A stretch of 64,000 nt of DNA from Fibrobacteria bacterium (GTDB lineage Bacteria > Fibrobacterota > Fibrobacteria > UBA11236 > JADFYW01). Location: the NCBI GenBank assembly GCA_050294405.1, contig JBNKOC010000012.1, positions 1-64,000 on the forward strand. Direction: 5' to 3'. The notes beneath the pieces were generated by a model. That model saw only the letters and a list, made by a program, of their open reading frames with translations, made no database searches and was not told the DNA's origin. Shown piece after piece: positions 59,276-64,000 of the stretch (its first letter is position 1; each line of letters begins with the position of its first letter). The position numbers were made by a program, and so were the translations under genes.

Positions 59276-60049
59276 TTATAAAATACGCATAAAAATCAAA
59301 AAAGCACAAATCAGAGTCCCCAGGCAAATAAAGGGCCCGAAGGGAAGCTGGGCATTTAAATCTCGGGAAGAAAGAGCTTTTGCTCCTATTGCGAATAAGA
59401 GTCCCAGCACAGAGGCCAGCATTAACCCACTTAGGGCAATAAACCAGCCCATTAAGGCCCCCGTCATGGCCACAAGTTTTACATCGCCAAGGCCTAAAGC
59501 CTCTTTTTGGGTTATTTTGCCCACAATCCAGCCTAAAAGGAAGATAAACACAGCCATACCAAAAGACGATAGGCAGGCCATATAAAAATCAAGACCCCCA
59601 GGAAAAAGAGCTAGGACAAGACCCAGCAAAACGCCAGAATAGGTTAAAAAATCTGGCAGCATAAAATGTTTAAAATCCGTGACCATTAGGGGAGGGGTCC
59701 AGAGAACCAAAATAAAAAAGCTGTAAAAGGCGCTGTGGGAGGGAATAAAACCCCACAGAAAATGGGCTGCGGCAAGGGCGGTACCCAAAAAAAAACTAAG
59801 GGCCTCAATCCAGATGTAATGGAGGCTGATTTGTGCGTGGCAGTGCCGGCATTTGGCACCAAGCCAGAGCAGGGAAAATATGGGAATGTTATCGTACCAT
59901 TTTAAGGGTGTTTTGCACTGGGGACAATGGGAGGGCGGTTTTAAAATGGATTCGCCCCGGGGAGCCCGATATACTAACATCCCAAAAAAGGAACCCAAAG
60001 CCAGGGAGACTATTCCATGGAGTCCTATTAAAAAAAGGCTTGGGCCCAT
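59276..60049 (-). CDS. pilD: Prepilin peptidase (A24)
   Basis: GSFF...YRAPRG, SHCPQC, DNIPIFS..LGAKCRHC, TDFKHFMLPD, GLGDVKL and LPFGPF. Confidence 0.92.
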   Translation of the reverse strand: MGPSLFLIGLHGIVSLALGSFFGMLVYRAPRGESILKPPSHCPQCKTPLKWYDNIPIFSLLWLGAKCRHCHAQISLHYIWIEALSFFLGTALAAAHFLWGFIPSHSAFYSFFILVLWTPPLMVTDFKHFMLPDFLTYSGVLLGLVLALFPGGLDFYMACLSSFGMAVFIFLLGWIVGKITQKEALGLGDVKLVAMTGALMGWFIALSGLMLASVLGLLFAIGAKALSSRDLNAQLPFGPFICLGTLICAFLIFMRIL

Positions 60050-61054
60050 TTAACTTAAATTTCCTCCGCAGCTGCTTCCCGCCCCTGCGGTGCAGGCGTA
60101 GCAATGGCTGTTGATGGCTAGTTTGCGATTGAGAAAACCCTGCAAATTAAATTGGGAAATATGGTTTTGCCCATTTGCTTTTAAATCCAGCATTTGGTTA
60201 AAGTCGCAATCGTATACATAGCCCTCGTAGCTTATGGAAATTTGATGGCGGCACATGAGCCCTTCCAAGGTTGCAGGGTTGTAGGCGTTGGCTAAGGTTT
60301 CCATATAACTTTCGAATTTTCCACGGGCCACCAGGCTCATTAGAAAACGGTTGATGGGTATGTTATGTATGCAATAAAGATTATTAAATTCGATTCCGTA
60401 TTGGCTTTTTAATTTGTTTTTAAATTCGGGCTCTAATTCTGACTGCGGCGCGGACATAAAAAAACCGGCGGGGTTGTACACCAGGTGAAGGGGTAAGTTT
60501 TTTCCGTAACCCAGGGCGTTTAATTTTTTTAAGGCTAAAATAGATTTGTCGAATACCCCTTTACCTCTTTGCCTGTCGGTGGTGGAAGCCGCAAAATGGG
60601 GAAGGGACGCCACTATTTCCACCCGGTGCTGGGCCAGAAACTCGTAAAGATATTCGTATCCGGGTTCTTCCAAAATGGTGAGGTTGCATCTGTCCATAAC
60701 ATGCTTTCCCATTTTTTTGGATTCTTCCACTAAAAATTTAAACTGGCCGTTCATTTCCGGGGCTCCACCAGTTATATCCACGCATTTTACATTGGGCAGT
60801 TTTATAATTTCAAGACACTGCCGGGCGGTTTCTTCGCTCATGCTTTCCGTGCGGGTGGGGCCGGCATCCACATGGCAATGTTTACAGCTTTGGTTGCATT
60901 GCTTGCCCAAATTGATTTGCACTGTTTCCAAGGTAAGGGCAGACAGGCCATTTTCCGTTTCCGGTAGTTTTTCAAAAGCCGGTTCAAACTGGGAAAGGTA
61001 TTCCAGTTGGCTTTGCGTGGTTCTTAAGGCGTTGGCATCCATGTTTATATCCAA
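60050..61054 (-). CDS. arsS: Arsenosugar-biosynthesis radical SAM protein ArsS family (Cys form)
   Basis: QINLGKQCNQSCKHCHVDAGP, DITGGAPE, DRCNLTIL, LMCR, YDCDFNQML and HCYACTAGAGSSCGG. Confidence 0.85.
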   Translation of the reverse strand: MDINMDANALRTTQSQLEYLSQFEPAFEKLPETENGLSALTLETVQINLGKQCNQSCKHCHVDAGPTRTESMSEETARQCLEIIKLPNVKCVDITGGAPEMNGQFKFLVEESKKMGKHVMDRCNLTILEEPGYEYLYEFLAQHRVEIVASLPHFAASTTDRQRGKGVFDKSILALKKLNALGYGKNLPLHLVYNPAGFFMSAPQSELEPEFKNKLKSQYGIEFNNLYCIHNIPINRFLMSLVARGKFESYMETLANAYNPATLEGLMCRHQISISYEGYVYDCDFNQMLDLKANGQNHISQFNLQGFLNRKLAINSHCYACTAGAGSSCGGNLS

Positions 61055-61071
61055 TATATTGCTATTCCCGC

Positions 61072-61404
61072 CTACATGTTTAGGTCATCAATGTGGTTCA
61101 TCATTTGCACGCTGTGGACTAAGGTAATGCCTGCGGACATGGCAGCCGCCACGTGGACCGCTTCGTTCATTTGCTCTTCGTCTGCCCCTTTTTCCAAACA
61201 AGCAGTGGAATAGGAGTCAATGCAATAAGGGCATTTTAAGGCGTGAGAAACAGCCAAAGCTATCAAGGCTTTTTCCCGGGCGCTGAGAGCTCCTTCTTTC
61301 ATCACGCTTCGGTAATAGTCAAAATATTTATCACCCAACGCTTTATTCACTCTGGAAATGTTTTTGAATTTTTTTAAGTCTTCAGATTCAAAATAATGGC
61401 TCAT
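61072..61404 (-). CDS. Carboxymuconolactone-decarboxylase/AhpD-like protein associated with ArsS
   Basis: DLKKF, EGALSAREKALIALAVSH..KCPYCID and AGITLVHSVQM; directly upstream of arsS; AAGGAG RBS. Confidence 0.85.
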   Translation of the reverse strand: MSHYFESEDLKKFKNISRVNKALGDKYFDYYRSVMKEGALSAREKALIALAVSHALKCPYCIDSYSTACLEKGADEEQMNEAVHVAAAMSAGITLVHSVQMMNHIDDLNM

Positions 61405-61458
61405 GCTGGCTCCTTCCTAGAAGCTGTGTCCTAAGTTTTGGGATAATGTTACAATTTT

Positions 61459-63615
61459 TTATTCCGGGTGGTTAAATTCAAAGAAGATAACTCCGGGGCA
61501 TTTGCCTTCCCTTGATTTAAGGTAATCCAGAAAGGGCTCTTCTGAAACTTTTTTATGATTGCTGCTGGCATGCCTTAAAATAGGGTTTTTGCCGTCTGTT
61601 ACATCGAGAAAACCGGTGTGGCTTACCCAGAGCCAATCGATTTTAGTCACAAAGGCCACTCCTAAAAAGCGTTTTCCGTATTTCCAGTTTTTGGCAATTT
61701 CCTGAGCCTTTTCCATGGACACCACGGGAACCTGCACTGCGGGGTCTGCCAAGGGATATTCCAAATCTTTCATTTTGAAAAACTTTTTTTTGCCCATAGT
61801 TCTGGTTTGCAATTCATCTTTGCCGGGAAAGCGGAATATGCGCGCATATTGGGGACTGTTTAAAACCCAGTCCTGAATAAAAAAATGTTTACGATTAATG
61901 TAACTCACGCTGTCTCCCATGTATCGGATGCGCTGCATATTTAGCAGCAACTCATCGGGGTTTTTGGACATGGCAAGGCCCATGCTAGACTCAATATAGG
62001 TTACGCAATCAAAGCGGTTTAAATCCATAAGGGGCTTGTCGTCAATAACGCCATTGCGGCCTTCTCCTGTTGGTCCCAGGTAATAGGGGCTCCCCATTAA
62101 AACTTTGGAAAAATATTGTAAGCGGTCCATATACATTTTTGGGATTTTTTTGGCCTGGTACAGTTCAGCTGCTTTTTGGTACCCTGCCCGTTCGGAATTG
62201 GCCCAGCTTGCCGTAGCGGTAATGAGGGAATCAATGAGTTGCCCTGCTTTTCTAGCCGAGCCCCTGAAGCCATTGATGAAAAAGCTAAAACTAAGTGTGT
62301 CGTTGTCATCGCTAAAAACAAAACCGCACAGGCCTTGAACGGGGTCGATATATCCGGTTTTCATTTTAACCAGGCCGTTTAAAGCGTTTAATCTGTAGGA
62401 ACGGTTGCCGTGAATTCCGGGAGTGGCGAGGCTTTTAATGTAATCGGTAAAATAGGGTTGAGAACTCATTTTGTGAAGATACATGGCCATGTTACGAGGC
62501 TTTATGCGATTTAAATGGGAAAGCCCGCTTCCGTCATGTAATTGAAATTCGCTGCTGTCTAAATCCATGCTGTGAAGAAACTTTTTCACTTGTAATATTC
62601 CGTCTTCTGCAGAGCCATCGCCCCCTTGGCTTTTGGAGACATGCCTAAGTAAAATTTCGGCGTGTAAATTTTGGCTGCGCTGGTTTATATCTTCCATAAC
62701 ATTGGTTATGGGAACCGTTTGCAACTCCAGTGTTTTTATAGGTTTTGTTTTTTTATCAAATGGCGATTCTGATTTTTCAACTTTTATGCGGGCTTTTTCC
62801 AGGGCTTTTTCAAAGGCAATCCCAAAATACGCTTTTGGGTCGCGAACGGGTAAAGTACGGGACATTTCCGGGCTGTCTATTCCCATTTGGCCAGTGATAC
62901 TTAAAATGTTGTCTTCGGAGGACAATCCGTATTGCACCCGGTTTCTATGCCCAGAAACGGTGATGGCTTCATTTTCAATTTTAATGTATCCCACCTCAGG
63001 GATAATTTCCACCTGGACTTTTCCCTGAAGACTGCTGTCTGGTTTTATTTTTACGGTAAAGCAATTGTCATTATAACTCAAAGCTGAAACTTCAGCGCCA
63101 AACCAATGGTTAAAGTGCCGCTTTTTCCAATGGGGCGATTTTCGATAACCTCCAAAATAACTTTCGTCATAAATAAAATCGCCTTCAATTTTTTCTATTC
63201 CCAAAGCTTTTATTTTACTGGCCCACAAGTCCAAAACATAATTTTCGTTGGGGTAAAAACGGGCGGAAATGTTGGGGTCTCCTCCGCCTATAACCTGAAT
63301 GCTACCCTTTAAAATTTTGTTTTGGATGTTACCGTAAACATTGATTTTTGTTTTGGGAAAATAGTTCGGTTCGAGGTAATGGAAGCCGGCCCCCGTGGTG
63401 ATAATTTTTAAGCAGGAAGCGGGCGTATAAAAGGAGCTGTCTTCGTAATTCACAATCCATTTTTTTTGCTTGAAAGAATACAGGGAAAGCCCCAAGCGTC
63501 CACCTAAATCGAACTTCTCCTGCAAACGCATGTATTCGCCCATTAGTTTTTCCCGACCGCTTCCAGCAAAACCAAGGACCACAGAAAACAACAAGACTGA
63601 AAAAATTTTGATCAT
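61459..63615 (-). CDS. dacB: D-Ala-D-Ala carboxypeptidase/endopeptidase DacB (S13) fused to a DUF1460 (NlpC/P60-fold amidase) domain
   Basis: Signal peptide; PASCLK (SxxK), GGGDP, SQNLHAE (SxN), DGSGLS and KTGY; then LMGSPY, FDCVTYIE, RKHFF, VSHTGF and LRHASS of DUF1460. Confidence 0.85.
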   Translation of the reverse strand: MIKIFSVLLFSVVLGFAGSGREKLMGEYMRLQEKFDLGGRLGLSLYSFKQKKWIVNYEDSSFYTPASCLKIITTGAGFHYLEPNYFPKTKINVYGNIQNKILKGSIQVIGGGDPNISARFYPNENYVLDLWASKIKALGIEKIEGDFIYDESYFGGYRKSPHWKKRHFNHWFGAEVSALSYNDNCFTVKIKPDSSLQGKVQVEIIPEVGYIKIENEAITVSGHRNRVQYGLSSEDNILSITGQMGIDSPEMSRTLPVRDPKAYFGIAFEKALEKARIKVEKSESPFDKKTKPIKTLELQTVPITNVMEDINQRSQNLHAEILLRHVSKSQGGDGSAEDGILQVKKFLHSMDLDSSEFQLHDGSGLSHLNRIKPRNMAMYLHKMSSQPYFTDYIKSLATPGIHGNRSYRLNALNGLVKMKTGYIDPVQGLCGFVFSDDNDTLSFSFFINGFRGSARKAGQLIDSLITATASWANSERAGYQKAAELYQAKKIPKMYMDRLQYFSKVLMGSPYYLGPTGEGRNGVIDDKPLMDLNRFDCVTYIESSMGLAMSKNPDELLLNMQRIRYMGDSVSYINRKHFFIQDWVLNSPQYARIFRFPGKDELQTRTMGKKKFFKMKDLEYPLADPAVQVPVVSMEKAQEIAKNWKYGKRFLGVAFVTKIDWLWVSHTGFLDVTDGKNPILRHASSNHKKVSEEPFLDYLKSREGKCPGVIFFEFNHPE

Positions 63616-63623
63616 GTATGGAC

Positions 63624-64000
63624 TTAAGATTGCGATAGGGCCGCAAAATCCTCAAAGTATTTTGGATAGGTTTTTGATACACAATGGGGGTTTAGAATAT
63701 GAACCGCCACCCCTCCCAAGGCGACAAGAGAAAAGCACATGGCCATGCGGTGGTCGTTATAAGTTTCAATTTCAGCTTCTAAAAATCGCTGTGGAGGAGT
63801 GATTTCAATAAAATCTTCGCCCTCCACCACATTAGCGCCAATCTTTTTAAGCTCTGTGGACATGGCTTTTAAACGGTCTGTTTCTTTCAGACGCCAATTG
63901 TATATGCCCTCAATTCTGCTGGTTCCTTTGGCAAAACAGGCAGCAATGGCTAGGGTCATGCCTGTATCCGACATTTTATCCGCATTGTGACGTATGCCCT
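63624..64000 (-). CDS. aroA: 3-phosphoshikimate 1-carboxyvinyltransferase, C-terminal part (starts beyond the window)
   Basis: [24 protein letters not shown] and [10 protein letters not shown]. Confidence 0.93.
   Translation of the reverse strand, partial: GIRHNADKMSDTGMTLAIAACFAKGTSRIEGIYNWRLKETDRLKAMSTELKKIGANVVEGEDFIEITPPQRFLEAEIETYNDHRMAMCFSLVALGGVAVHILNPHCVSKTYPKYFEDFAALSQS

Noticed and set aside
60062..60080. Selenocysteine in the ArsS C-terminal motif
   Set aside because: The codon is TGC (Cys) and the ORF ends at TAA; no in-frame TGA is present.
631..63990. Numerous 60-170 aa antisense or alternate-frame ORFs inside ettA, ileS, gcvP, acs, glyQS, fliC and others
   Set aside because: They are fully nested in well-supported genes and carry no recognisable motifs; these are typical shadow ORFs.
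1..64000. CRISPR arrays, tRNA/rRNA genes, transposases, integrases, prophage or anti-phage defence genes
   Set aside because: No regularly spaced repeats, cloverleaf-type sequences or corresponding protein motifs were seen; intergenic gaps are all short.

Overview
This is a gene-dense, AT-rich bacterial chromosomal segment, most likely from a Gram-negative FCB-group organism. A free-living, flagellated Fibrobacterota-like lineage is my inference, from the co-occurrence of T9SS-type components, a flagellin, lpxK, a type-2 IleRS and a fused glyQS. Housekeeping genes include ettA, clpS, pnp, ileS, a dksA-like gene, ssb, gcvH, gcvP, asd, lysA, acs, glyQS and a partial aroA. They surround a roughly 27 kb envelope region (8.9-35.6 kb) that mixes a flippase, GT4 and GT-C glycosyltransferases, a FemAB-like GNAT, a PorZ-like T9SS protein, lpxK, an unusual PorV-barrel/TPR/pseudo-nucleotidase/TolB-propeller fusion, a DPPR-synthase/DprE1/DprE2 lipid-linked arabinofuranose module and MurNAc-recycling genes (AmgK-, MurU- and NamZ-like). 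The rest of the window holds T9SS-CTD cargo proteins, a sigma28-driven orphan flagellin with a structured, CsrA-type leader, a probably inactive GH2, the arsS/peroxidase-like pair, pilD and a DacB-DUF1460 fusion. I found three CDSs absent from the ORF track (a partial rhomboid and two ~50-aa ORFs) and one ~127-bp palindromic element. No rRNA, tRNA, CRISPR array or transposase was seen. All calls come from reading motifs by eye; no searches were run.
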